The notes beneath the pieces are model-generated. The model did not search any database. It saw only the letters and a list, made by a program, of their open reading frames with translations, and had not been told where the DNA came from. A DNA stretch of 64,000 bases, from NCBI RefSeq assembly GCF_963921235.1, contig NC_086123.1, forward strand, positions 9,238,001 through 9,302,000. Reading direction: 5' to 3'. This document shows, piece by piece, positions 52,069-62,729 of this stretch (the stretch's first letter is position 1; each line of letters opens with the position of its first letter). The translations under genes and the position numbers were made by a program. Origin of the DNA: Mobula hypostoma (taxonomy: Eukaryota).

Positions 52069-52856
52069 GGCTACGTCCACACTAGACCGGATAATTTTGA
52101 AAACACCGGTTTTGCTTAAAAACGATAGGCATCCACACCAGGCGATTTTGAAAATACCTCTGTCCACATTAAAATGGATATTTGGGTGAATCTCCTCCTA
52201 CTGGGCATGTGCAGGACACGTCTACAGAAAACAAGCGAAGAGGAAACAGTATACTTGGTGCACATTTGTCCAGTTACAGACTAGAAAAATTTAAAAGTAA
52301 GTTGCCAAACGACGGACAGCTGTTGGCTCTCGCGCAGGAGGACTTAAAACTAAACAAAAAATACTGGAGCGTATGGAGGCAACCGACAGGGAGCTTGCGG
52401 ACAGTATGACCTGGCTGACAACGAACATCGAAAAACTGACCAACTCTGTTGCAGAGGGATTTGCAATGATGAGGAATATGATGCCGCCCCCCCCCAGTAC
52501 TTTTCACTGCCACAATACCAGCCTCACAGCCACTACAATAGCTACACATACGGACACACAGACCCCTGGATGGCCCCACCAGCATCTTCCCCACTCCCAC
52601 AGAGGGGTCACTCTGGAAACATTTCCTACAGCCATAGTCTCTTCACCGATGAAAGGGACGACAGGTTTTTTAAAACCTCCGGTTACCCCGTACACAGAAC
52701 ACCCAACCAGTGTTTTCAGATTTAAACACTCTGGAGAGCGTTTTAGAAAAACTCTGTTTTTGGGGGAGGAAGACGCCGTTTCAGTGTGGATGGAGGGTCA
52801 AAATGAAGAGAAAAAGCTTCGGTTATGGATTTATCTGGTCTAGTGTGGACATAGCT
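52069..52856 (+). mobile_element. PIF/Harbinger non-autonomous transposon
   Basis: TIRs ggctacgtccacactagaccggataa / ttatctggtctagtgtggacatagct; TAA TSD at 52066-52068 and 52857-52859; internal helical ORF remnant. Confidence 0.85.
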
Positions 52857-53125
52857 TAAGTGTCCAACAGTAGTCAGTCAGCATTGATGGAGTCTGGTTG
52901 CCCTGATACCGTTTCTCCATGACTGCGATGTCGTGGTGAAATCTTTCACCATGCTCATCACTGACAGCGCCAAGATTTGCAGGGAAGAAGTTGACGTGGG
53001 AATGCAGAAGTGGAATCTTTAGTGACATGTTGCACTGCATGGTTTTGTATGCTTGAAGCACGTTGACAACCCAGCTGCATATAGTTACCAAGAAAATTTT
53101 CAACAACATCCTGAATGTCTTCCAC

Positions 53126-53298
53126 TCACAAACAAGAGGAAAATCTGCAAATGCTGGAAATCCAAGCAACACACACAAAATGCTGGAGGAACTCAGCGAC
53201 CCAGGCAGCACTTATGGCAAAGAGTATAGTTGACATTTCGGGCTGAGACCCAGCTGCAGCCTGGCCTGCTGAGTTCCTCCAGCATTTTGTGTGTATTA
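53126..53298. mobile_element. Fold-back Penelope-end mini-insertion
   Basis: Element end on - then inverted copy; imperfect TSD gaatgtcttcca / gaatgccttcaa. Confidence 0.7.
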
Positions 53299-53701
53299 CC
53301 CGAATGCCTTCAATGAGATTCTATTCACATAGGATAAAGACCTCTGGTAACACCGAACGACAATTTTTTTCTAAGTGTTGTTTCCTCAGAAATTTTATTT
53401 ATGATAGACTGCTTGAATCATTCCAGAAGTTCTTCACATTGCCTGTCATTGAAGACCTGTTTGATTTGCGGACCAACAAAAATGCCTTCCTTAATCTTGG
53501 CATCAGTTCTTCAAGTCAAGTCTATTGTCTTTTAACTATATACAAGGTATATAACCATATAATGTATATAGAAATGAGACAACGTTTCTCCAAACCAGGG
53601 TGTAAAACACAGTAGTGTACATGACACACATAACATGATAACTTACGAAGGCAAGGATAAAAAAAAAATCACACAATAACTACAGCGTATTAATATTAAG
53701 T

Positions 53702-54274
53702 GGGGTGTGTGGGGGTGTCAGGGAGGGGTAGTACCTCTGGTGGGGGAACATGCCGCGTCCTTTTCAGGGCGGTTAGTCCACCTTTGGTCCCCACCTGGCA
53801 CTCAGCTCTCACCTGTGGCTCCCCGTAGCTGTTTGCATGCGACAGCGGCCACACCCCGGGCAACGGCTTCGACAAGCCAGCTAAACCAGGTGAAGGTAGC
53901 CGACGGGTCTCAAACCCTCGGTGAGATAGGGAGTTGTCTATCCCAGCATGTGAAGACAGACTCCGGCGGATTGAGCGGACGACACCTATGGAAGGTCCAA
54001 CGGTCAAGAAGGCGGTCTCTGCAAGCGTCGTGGAACGTGTAGAGCAGGACAAGACACAGAAGACGTCCTGGTCATCCACTGCGCCTAGTCCCATCTCTAG
54101 CCGTCTCGACTCTTGTCTTGCCACTGGATCCAGATGGGAATTGGGAAGAGAGAGTGAGGCTGACGCTGCGCAACTCTCCCTCACTTAAATCCAAATGACG
54201 CGCTAGTCTCGACACCATCATGATGGTGTCGAGGTCCTCATCGACGTCAACGATGGACGAACAACCAACCAAGC
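53702..54274 (+). mobile_element. GC/CpG-rich short non-autonomous retroelement, RTE-related (bipartite type, tentative)
   Basis: 10-bp TSD aatattaagt at 53692-53701 and 54275-54284; (caac)n 3' tail; inserted in a Rex1-like fragment. Confidence 0.6.
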
Positions 54275-55469
54275 AATATTAAGTATTTTAAGATACGGAA
54301 CAGATTAACCAGTGACACTTCGAATATGATGCGGCAGAGTTCAGAAGCCTATGGCTTGGGGGAAGAAACTGTTTCTCATACTGACCATTCCTATTTTATG
54401 CATCGGCACCTCCTGTCTGATGGTAGAAAGTTAAAGAGGGTGCTGAATCGATGGGTGGGATCCTTAATAACACTAAGGTCCCAGCGTACGCAGTGGTCCT
54501 CATAAATGTCCCCGATGAATGGTAGGGAGACCCCTATGATCCTCTCAGCTGTTCTCACAGTCCTCAGTAGGGACTTCTAGTCTGATGCTCGACTCCTCCC
54601 AGACTAGATGGAGATACAACTTGTCAGGACACTCTCAATGGTATTCAAAAGTATTCAGGAAGCAAAATCTTTATTGTCCAGTAATGTGTCTAAGTCAATG
54701 AAAAGAGCTTTTTGGGTTGGATAGATAGTTATAATCATAGTCACCGAAAACTCAAAAGATGATCTATTACTTGTATTCCATTAAACAAATTTAGATACAT
54801 TGTAATCATAATCCACTTACTGATTTAACCAGAACAACAAAATCTTGGCTGTAGTACCAAGGGTCTGATCACAGATTATTTTTAGGAATCATTAAGTAGA
54901 TTTTTTTAACCAATCTTAACACATTCTGCTAGTTGAGAATATTCTTAGTTATGACTTCATCTAAGAGCAATACCTTTGTGAATGAGAGACAGGCTACAGA
55001 GTTCCTCATGGAGTTGGGGCATGACCCAGTAATCCTGTATCTGCTGTCAGAAAAATATTACTGATGGAAGTGGTAATTACAACCATTTTCATGCAGCCAG
55101 AAGCATGCACTACAGCACTGTCATTTGTGGCAATGTTTTCTGGTCTACCTACTGGACACCAGCAAAAAGCAATGCGTCACATAATCCCCCTCTCATTTCC
55201 ACTAAGTGGGCTCCGAAAACGGTACCAATATTGATGCATTAATAATGTCAAACCATTTGCAGACATCCAGTCTCCTACACACTTCTGCATTTTTCCCAAC
55301 CACAAAGCACAATTCTTATTCTGTCGTGACTCGAGAGACTGTCAAGAAGCAGGGGACATAGCTCTCAATTACTTTTATTAATCCTAGGGCAATCTCAAAC
55401 CATGTGATCTTAGGGGAGCACAAACAGGCTGTGATCAAAGATGACGTAACAGTTTGTTTAAAGTTATAC

Positions 55470-55975
55470 ACACTCAGTGGTTACTTTATTAGATACCTCC
55501 TGTACCTAATAAGGTGGCCATTGAGTGGATGCTTGTGGTCTTCTGCTGTTGTAGCCCATCTACTGCAAGGTCTGATGTGGAGATACTCTTCTGCACACCA
55601 CTGTTGTAACATGTAGTTACTTGAGTTACTGTCACCTTCCTGACAGCTGGAACCAGTCTGGTCATTCTCCTCTGACCTCTCTCATTAGCAAGCCATTTTG
55701 GGTTTTTGTTGTTGTTTTTCTCACCATTCTCTGTAAACTCTAGAGACTTGAATGTGAAAGTCCCAGGAGCTCAGCAGTTCCTAAGATACTCAATGCACCC
55801 CATCTGGCACTAACAATCAGTCCACGGTCAAAGTCACCTAAATCACATTTCTTCCTCATTTTGATGTTTGGTCTGAACAACAACTGAACCTCTTGACCAT
55901 GTCTGCATGTTTTTATACATCAAGTTCCTGCCACAAGATTGGCTGATTAGATATTTGCATTGATATTTGTACAGG
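55470..55975. mobile_element. Tc1-like MITE
   Basis: Terminal motif cactcagtggttactttattag with internal inverted copy ctaataaggtggccattgagtg. Confidence 0.55.
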
Positions 55976-56137
55976 CTGTTTTCCTTTTCAAGTTACATTG
56001 TATCCATCTTTATTCCCAGTCCTGTTTACTGGTGGATTGATTTGAGCAAGATTAAATTTGCTGCCCTTATAATAATCTGTTTGAACAAAGTCTAAGATGA
56101 TGGATGCATGGAGAACAATTGAGATTTCAATGCAACA

Positions 56138-57410
56138 AGACCATAAGACATACATAGGAGCAGAATTAGATCACAGCCCAGATTCTGCTCTGTCATTCCA
56201 TCATGGCTGATTTATTATCCCTTTCAACTCCATTCTCCTGCCTTCTCCCCATAATCTTTGACACCCTGACTAACCAAGAACCAACCAACCTCTGAAAGTC
56301 TGAGTTAGCACCATCCACTGAATCTCCTTTGTCTATCCTGCCTGTTATTTCCTCAACGAATTCAACAGATTTGTCAGGCAGGATTCCCTCTTAAGTAAAT
56401 CATGCCAACTTTGGCCTACATATACCTCCAAGTACCCTGAGACCTCATCCTTAGTAATCTTCCCAACCACTGAAGTTAGCCTCACTGACCTATAATTTCC
56501 TTTCTTCTGCCTCCCTCCCTTCTGAAAGAGTGGAGTGACAGTTGCAAAATTACCAGCCTGAAGAACAATTCCATAATCTAGATATTCTTGAAAGATCATT
56601 ACCAATGCCTCCACAATCTTTTAAGCTTCCTCTTTCAGAACCCTGGGGTGTCACGCAGCTGGTCTGGATGACTTATCTGCCTTCAGGCTTCTCAGCTTCC
56701 CAAGCACCTCGTCCTTAGTAATAGCAACTACACTCACTTCTGCATCTTCAGTTCTGTATTCAACACCTTTCCAATTTTGCCCCCATGTTACACTTCACCT
56801 CATCCCACTGATGCGACTTTCCCATACTCTCTGCCTGTCTGTCCTCACAGTCTGACTACACACTGCATCGACTTGTGTACCAACAGCCCCATCCTGAGCC
56901 CTATCGCTCTGGTTCCCATCCCCCTGCCAACTTAATTTATACCCTCAACAGCTCTAGCAAACCTGCCCGTAAGGATATTGGTCCCCCTTGGGTTCAGGTG
57001 TAAAATAAGGTAGTTGAGTCCTGGTAAAGGGTCTCAGCCCGCAATGTTGACTGCTTACTCTTTTCCATAAATGCTGCCTGGCCTGCCGAGTTCCTCCAGC
57101 GTTTTGCATGTTGTTTCAGATGTAACCTGTTCTTTTTGTACTGCTCATATATTCCCCAGAAGAGATCCCAATGATCCAGAAATTTGAAACCCTGTTCTAT
57201 GCACCACTTCCTCAACCACTCATTTATCTATATCACCATCCTATTCCTGCCCTGATTAGCATGTGACATTGGGAGTAATCCAGAAAATACTACCTTGGAG
57301 GCTCTGTTCTTCAGTCTTTTCCCTAACTCCCTGTACTCACTGTGCAGCACCTCTTCCCCTTTCTACCTATGTCATTGGTGCCAATGTCTACCACGACCTC
57401 TGGCTGTAGG
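56138..57410 (-). mobile_element. CR1-type LINE, internally deleted, with nested Penelope end at about 57004-57114
   Basis: VTPLFQKGGRQKKGNYRSVRLTSVVGK and esterase-like WCIEQGFKFLDHWDLFWG motifs; nested TSD ttcaggtgtaa / ttcagatgtaa. Confidence 0.75.
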
Positions 57411-57608
57411 CACTCTGAAACCTGGTTTTTAAGAAGCTTCCCAATCCTCCAACATCCCACTAATTATTACTCCCAATAGTAATTTTGCACACCTGAGTTA
57501 AGAAAGCATCACAGCAAAATCAAAGCAAAGCTCTGGAAGAAATACAAATATAATAACCAATCACAAACATTTTGCTTGATTTTTTGAAGAATGAATTTGA
57601 AAACTTAC

Positions 57609-57783
57609 ATTTTACAGCTTTCAGGTGGCCAAGGAATCAATTTTACAATATTGTGCCCTTGTGACCATGCAAAGTACGAGCCATCAGGTGAAAATGCGAC
57701 ACCCCAAGTTTCACAGCCAGGTTTGATATCTAATTCACGAGATCGTTTGGGTATGAGCTTTGCAACCGAAAGAGACCCAGCTT
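57609..57783 (-). CDS. WSB2: WSB2 exon 2 (175 bp)
   Basis: AGSLSVAKLIPKRSRELDIKPGCETWGVAFSPDGSYFAWSQGHNIVKLIPWPPE; tacag|...|gtaagt. Confidence 0.94.
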
Positions 57784-58007
57784 CTGTAAAACAAAAGCAT
57801 ACTGATGCATTACAAATAGCGCCATCACACTAGCCTTTCATGCAGGATTTGTAAATTCATTAAGTCCTTCCCCACTTTTACAACTTTGGTATTCAACAGG
57901 ATCCATTATCATAAAAACTGAATATAATGTAATGATAGCAATTATTTCAATTAACAGAAAATATTTTTTTTTAGAAAAAAGACAATTTCCTTATGAAGCA
58001 ACAAATA

Positions 58008-58510
58008 ACCTGGTATTCCAGCTGCAGTGCTGTCGACAAAAAAGCCTTGCAGAGGGTGGTTAGGGGAGCAGAGAAGGTTACTGGGGTCTCCCTACCTTCT
58101 GTCCAAGACCTCTTTCAGAGTCGATGCCTCCAGAAGACACGGCACATCATTAAAGACCCCTCACACCCTCTCCATGAACTGTTTGTTCTTCTTCCATCAG
58201 GCAAACGTTACAGGAGCATCAAAACTAAAACCACAAGGCTACTAAACAGCTTCCTCCCACAGGCAGTCAGACTGCTAAATAGCCGCTCTACCTGACTCTG
58301 CTTTGGACACTTTTAACTTGCACTGGACACTTATAACTGATTTAACTGACATGTGGCTGTTGTGTTTTACTATTTATTGTTATTTTTATTATTTAGTGTT
58401 GCATTTGTTATGTTATGATTGCACTGCTCCTGGGAAATGCTGTCTCATTCTGCCCTGCAGAGCTGATGTACGGTTAGAATGACAGTAAAGTTTTTTGGAT
58501 CTTGAATCTT
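58008..58510 (+). mobile_element. Rex1/Babar-like LINE 3' end
   Basis: KALQRVVRGAEKV...IIKDPSHPLHELFVLLPSGKRYRSIKTKTTRLLNSFLPQAVRLLN; (atcttg)n tail. Confidence 0.8.
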
Positions 58511-58884
58511 GAATAATCTGGAGGAGCTCAACAGAGTGAGCCACATCTGTGAGGGGTGTGGTTGGAGGTGGAATAGTCAGCATTTTAGCTCGAACCCCTG
58601 CTTCAGGATGGAGTGGTGAGCGGAGATGGCCAGTATGGAGAGGGGACACCGTGAAGCGGAAGCCCGGGGTGACTTGTAGACTGACGAGGGATGGCGGCTG
58701 ACAGGGAGGCTGAGCTTGGCAAGAGTAGCATGGGGTGAAGTTGCAAGACAAGAGAGCAGGTGGCTGGTGGACTAGCAAAAGTAAAAAAAAATGTAGATGA
58801 ACCGAGTTTGGGGGTGGGGATGGAAGAGGGAAGGGCAGGACGCAGGACAGCTACTGGAGGGTAGTAAGCAGCAACAAAATTCTA

Positions 58885-59198
58885 GCAACACACATCAAAG
58901 TTGCTGGTGAACACAGCAGGCCAGGCAGCATCTCTAGGAAGAGGTACAGTCAACGTTTTGGGCCGAGACCCTTCGTCTGGACTAACTGAAGGAAGAGTTA
59001 GTAAGAGATTTGAAAGCGGGAGGGGGAGGGGGAGATCCAAAATGATAGGAGGAGGGGGAGGGATGGAGCCAAGAGCTGGACAGTTGATTGGCAAAAGGGA
59101 TATGAGAGGATCATGGGACAGGAGGCCTAGGGAGAAAGAAAAGGGGGGGGGAACCTAGAGGATGGGCAAGGGGTATAGTGAGAGGGACAGAGGGACTC
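58885..59198 (-). mobile_element. Penelope-like element end, same subfamily as the 42.9 kb element
   Basis: Near-identical to 42924-43240; 16-bp TSD with one mismatch (cagcaacaaaattcta / cagcaacacaattcta); hammerhead core mutated. Confidence 0.85.
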
Positions 59199-60329
59199 CA
59201 GCAACACAATTCTACCCACTTGTAATAATTTCCACAGCCCTTAAATCATTATAAGTGGGAAGTGAAACACAAGTCACTTCCTGCTCTCATACAAATGAAA
59301 TTAGTTTAAAATCAAATCACATTTTGTTGAGTCACATTTGTTCGTGATCAATATTAAAAGATTCCAACACAATTAAACACCCCATGTCAATCGCTTGTCA
59401 AAGTGGCATTCAAAAATCTTTCATTCTCCAAAACATTATTTCTATATTAAAATGGGGCTGATGCCTCTGAGTGAGAACTACAAGATCGACACTCCTTTCT
59501 AATTCAGAGGTGCATTTTTTTTATAAATGGATTCTATTGTGTTTCTTTATTTTGTAGATGCCTGTAAGAAGACAAATCTCAATGTTTGTATAAACTATAC
59601 ATATTTTGATAATAAATGTAATTTGACTTAGAAATTCATCTATTCCTTAAAAAAATCAGAAGCTATATACTGGGATGCAAAACTACTTCAGTTTCAAATC
59701 ATCCATTGTCGGTTATCAAAAGCTGGCAGATAAATAAGAAAGATGCAAGATAAGAAAGACCCTATTTCCAATCTGGCTGTGGACCCCAGGCTGGAAAGCT
59801 CTGCTCCAAGGGGACTAAAGAGATCTCCATGCTCAAATCCCTCTTATAGAGAGGGCCAAATAAAAACATTTAATGAGCTTATGCCCTTACAAAACGCATC
59901 CCCTGATCCATCCAAAATAAAAATAACCACACTAACTTGCAAAAAAAAGTGTCAATGGCGACTGAGACATAGCATTGACTCAAGGACAAGAAAATAATGG
60001 GTTCATATCTCACTCCAGATTTTCTTTAAGAGAATAGTGAATCTCCGGTGTTCTCTATCCCAGAGGGTTGGGATGCAAGTTCTTTGCTGATACGTAAAAG
60101 AGGAAGTATGTATCTTATAGATGTATCAGGGGATTGAGGGTTTTGGGGAATTCAACAGAAGACACGAAGCCTGAGGTGGATCAGACAAGATATTGAATGT
60201 CACAGACACAGTGGCCAATTTCAGATCCGCTTTTCTTATATTCTTAAAATATAAAAATTGAAAAATGACAAAATTATCATCCAGATCATTTCTTCTTTTG
60301 ATAATATACCCTTAACACTTCCCTTTGTA

Positions 60330-61200
60330 ACTTGACCTTTAACTTCCTGACCAACGGACCTCAATCAGTAAGGATAGGCAGCAACATTTCCACCATGATT
60401 ATTCACATAACTGATCTTCATCCTCAGTCCCTTACTCTACTCACTTCCTCTATAGTTGTTGCACTTCATTCTGTATTGTTACTGCATTACCTTGTTCAAT
60501 CTCAAAACACTTTGATTTGATCTGCAAGAACAGTGTGCTAGACAAGTTCTTCACTGCACCGTGGTACATGTGACAATAATCAACCAGTATCACTTTACAC
60601 TCACTACTGCAGAGCCAGATTCTGCCCGAAGCCCAACTACAAGTAGTTTCCATTTGAAGTGACTGCAGTGGGCAGTATCTCAAATATCAATGAATCAGAG
60701 TACAGGAAGGAGATCGGGAGCCTGGTAACCTGGTGCCATGACAACAAAATGTCAACAAAATAAAAGAACTGGTCATTGACCGCAGGAAGGATGGGGGCGT
60801 GGGGCAGTCCACACGCTCCTTCTACATCAATGGTACTGAAGTCAGGAGCGCGGACAGCTTCAAGTTCCAAGGAGTAAATGTCACCAATACCCGCCCAAGT
60901 AGACGCCCCGGCCAAGAAAGCTCATCAGCGTCTGTGCTTCCTCAGCAGGCTAATGAAATGTGGCACGTCTCCTTTGACCCGCACCGGTCTTTATCGATGC
61001 ACCATAGAAAGCCTCTTACCTGGATGCATAACGGCTCGTTACGGCAACTGCTCTGCCCATACTGCGGAGCGTTGTGGACCGGAGCTCGGCGCATCACAGA
61101 GACTAGCCTTCCCCTCCATGAACTCTGTCTACATTTCAGTAACGTAACCAGCATAAATCAACAGGCTTCTCATTGTATCTCAGTACATGTGACAATAATG
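60330..61200 (+). mobile_element. Rex1/Babar-like LINE fragments
   Basis: NFLTNGPQSVRIG; KKAHQRLCFL...YRCTIESLLPGCITARYGNCS. Confidence 0.7.
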
Positions 61201-61849
61201 AAACAACTTATCCGGTCTAGTAACTGCTTTGAACTCAAAAAAAAAATCCGATTCTTTGTTTTCTTTTGTAATATTGGTCTGGTAACTTCACACAATCAAT
61301 AAAGCCAACAGGGATAATCCAGGCACCAGGTATCACTTGAATCCAACACCACCAAGTGACATTGAAAAAAATACTGTCTCCAAAATGTGATCCATTGTGG
61401 TGCAAGTAAATGGATTTGTTGGCAATACCACGGGAGTAAAACTTGTTATTCATTCACGGTTGCAGTGTTGGCAGTTAACCAACGAAATTCGCTTGCTTTT
61501 CCTGATCTAAATGTCCGGTTAATGAAACAAAACGCCAATTATAAGAAGGGGGACCAGTAAAGTTCAGCCTGAGCTGCTAAAATAGCACTAGCGTTAGAGT
61601 ACCGCTCAACTTTTAGGAGGGGGGCGAGAAGAAAGAACGGTGACGTTATCTAGTTTAGGGCTTCCAAAAGGGGCTCACATATCATTTTCCCGACTTTTTC
61701 GCAAGCATATTACATTTAGACTAAGTCCCTGGTCCAGATGGAACACATATAGCTATTAACGTTTTCCACAGCGCAACCCGATTAATAACAATATATCTCG
61801 ACAATTTATATATAAAATGCATGTTTAAACTTCACTGGAATTCTGGAAT

Positions 61850-62300
61850 AACGCAATACGCAACCCGGCAACGTCCAGTGCGTGGTTTCTGGAGACCGGA
61901 ACGCCCAACCTTCACTGACCTGCGCTGCATTCAATATATTCGTCCATCAATACGAAGACATTCAGCTGTTGGGCGGCGTACAGATAAGAGTAAATCTGCT
62001 TTACGTTTCGGCTTTCGTATGGTTTAAAATCTTCTCCCCTTCACTCCAACCACTCTATGTGAGATGACTTCTATATTTTAAAAAAACACGCACAGAGTCA
62101 AATTTAATCACCGGTCAGCAGCACGTAGATAGCCCCGAAACGAGTTACACTGCAACATACTGGTTGGAAATATAGAAGTCAACCCCTCCCTTTCACCAGT
62201 TGACCCTCACCACGTGATCCGGCCCAGCTGATTGATTGACACCGGTTGGCCAGAGCGCCCCCTAGCAGCAATGAAAGTGAGAAGTGCCTTTTTCTGACTC
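61850..62300 (-). promoter_or_regulatory. Probable WSB2 promoter / 5' region
   Basis: Local CpG enrichment; CACGTG at 62211-62216; TACGTGC on - at 62121-62127; CTCF-like motif at 62254-62270. Confidence 0.5.
61920..61947 (-). CDS. WSB2: WSB2 probable first coding exon (28 bp, MDEYIECSA)
   Basis: ATG plus phase-1 donor CAG|GTCAGT in a CpG-enriched region; joins exon 2 in frame giving 1218 nt / 405 aa; too short for homology support. Confidence 0.6.
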
Positions 62301-62729
62301 TTGCGGTTTCCAGTGGATTAAATTTTGGAAAGCAATCGCCGTTTGCTTTTGTCATCCTTAGCTCAGGAATACTACTTCTAGCTGGAAGATCGTACATTAC
62401 TGCCACACAACAGAAATTTAGGGACAACCCTTTGGTTGCCGCTCCAGCCCATGGTAGGAATGGAACCCAGTGCCACTCTGTTGAAAGTTTTATGTCATGC
62501 ACTAGCACTGGAGTTTTGTTTTGGGTAACTGAGAAGAACGACGAAGGAAGGAATTATATAGATATTGTCTATACATGTCGTCCTACCTTATGGACATTTA
62601 AGAGACTCTTAAATAGGCACGTAGATGACAGAAAAAGTGTAGGGTTAGAATGGGTTAAAAGGTTGGCAAAACATTTTGGGCCAAAGGGCCTGTACTGTGC
62701 TGTAATGTTCTATGTTCAATATTCTATAT

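Larger units (their letters stand above)
51780..53510 (-). mobile_element. Chapaev3-like (CMC) DNA transposon remnant, interrupted twice
   Basis: KIKEGIFVGPQIK; LHSHVNFFPANLGAVSDEHGERFHHDI..MEKRYQG...DYCWTLK|REASD continues across the insertions. Confidence 0.7.

Noticed and set aside
27075-61947. WSB1 rather than WSB2
   Set aside because: QWVYCC and KKMKEFL.Y.TF motifs and adjacency to RFC5 fit WSB2 better.
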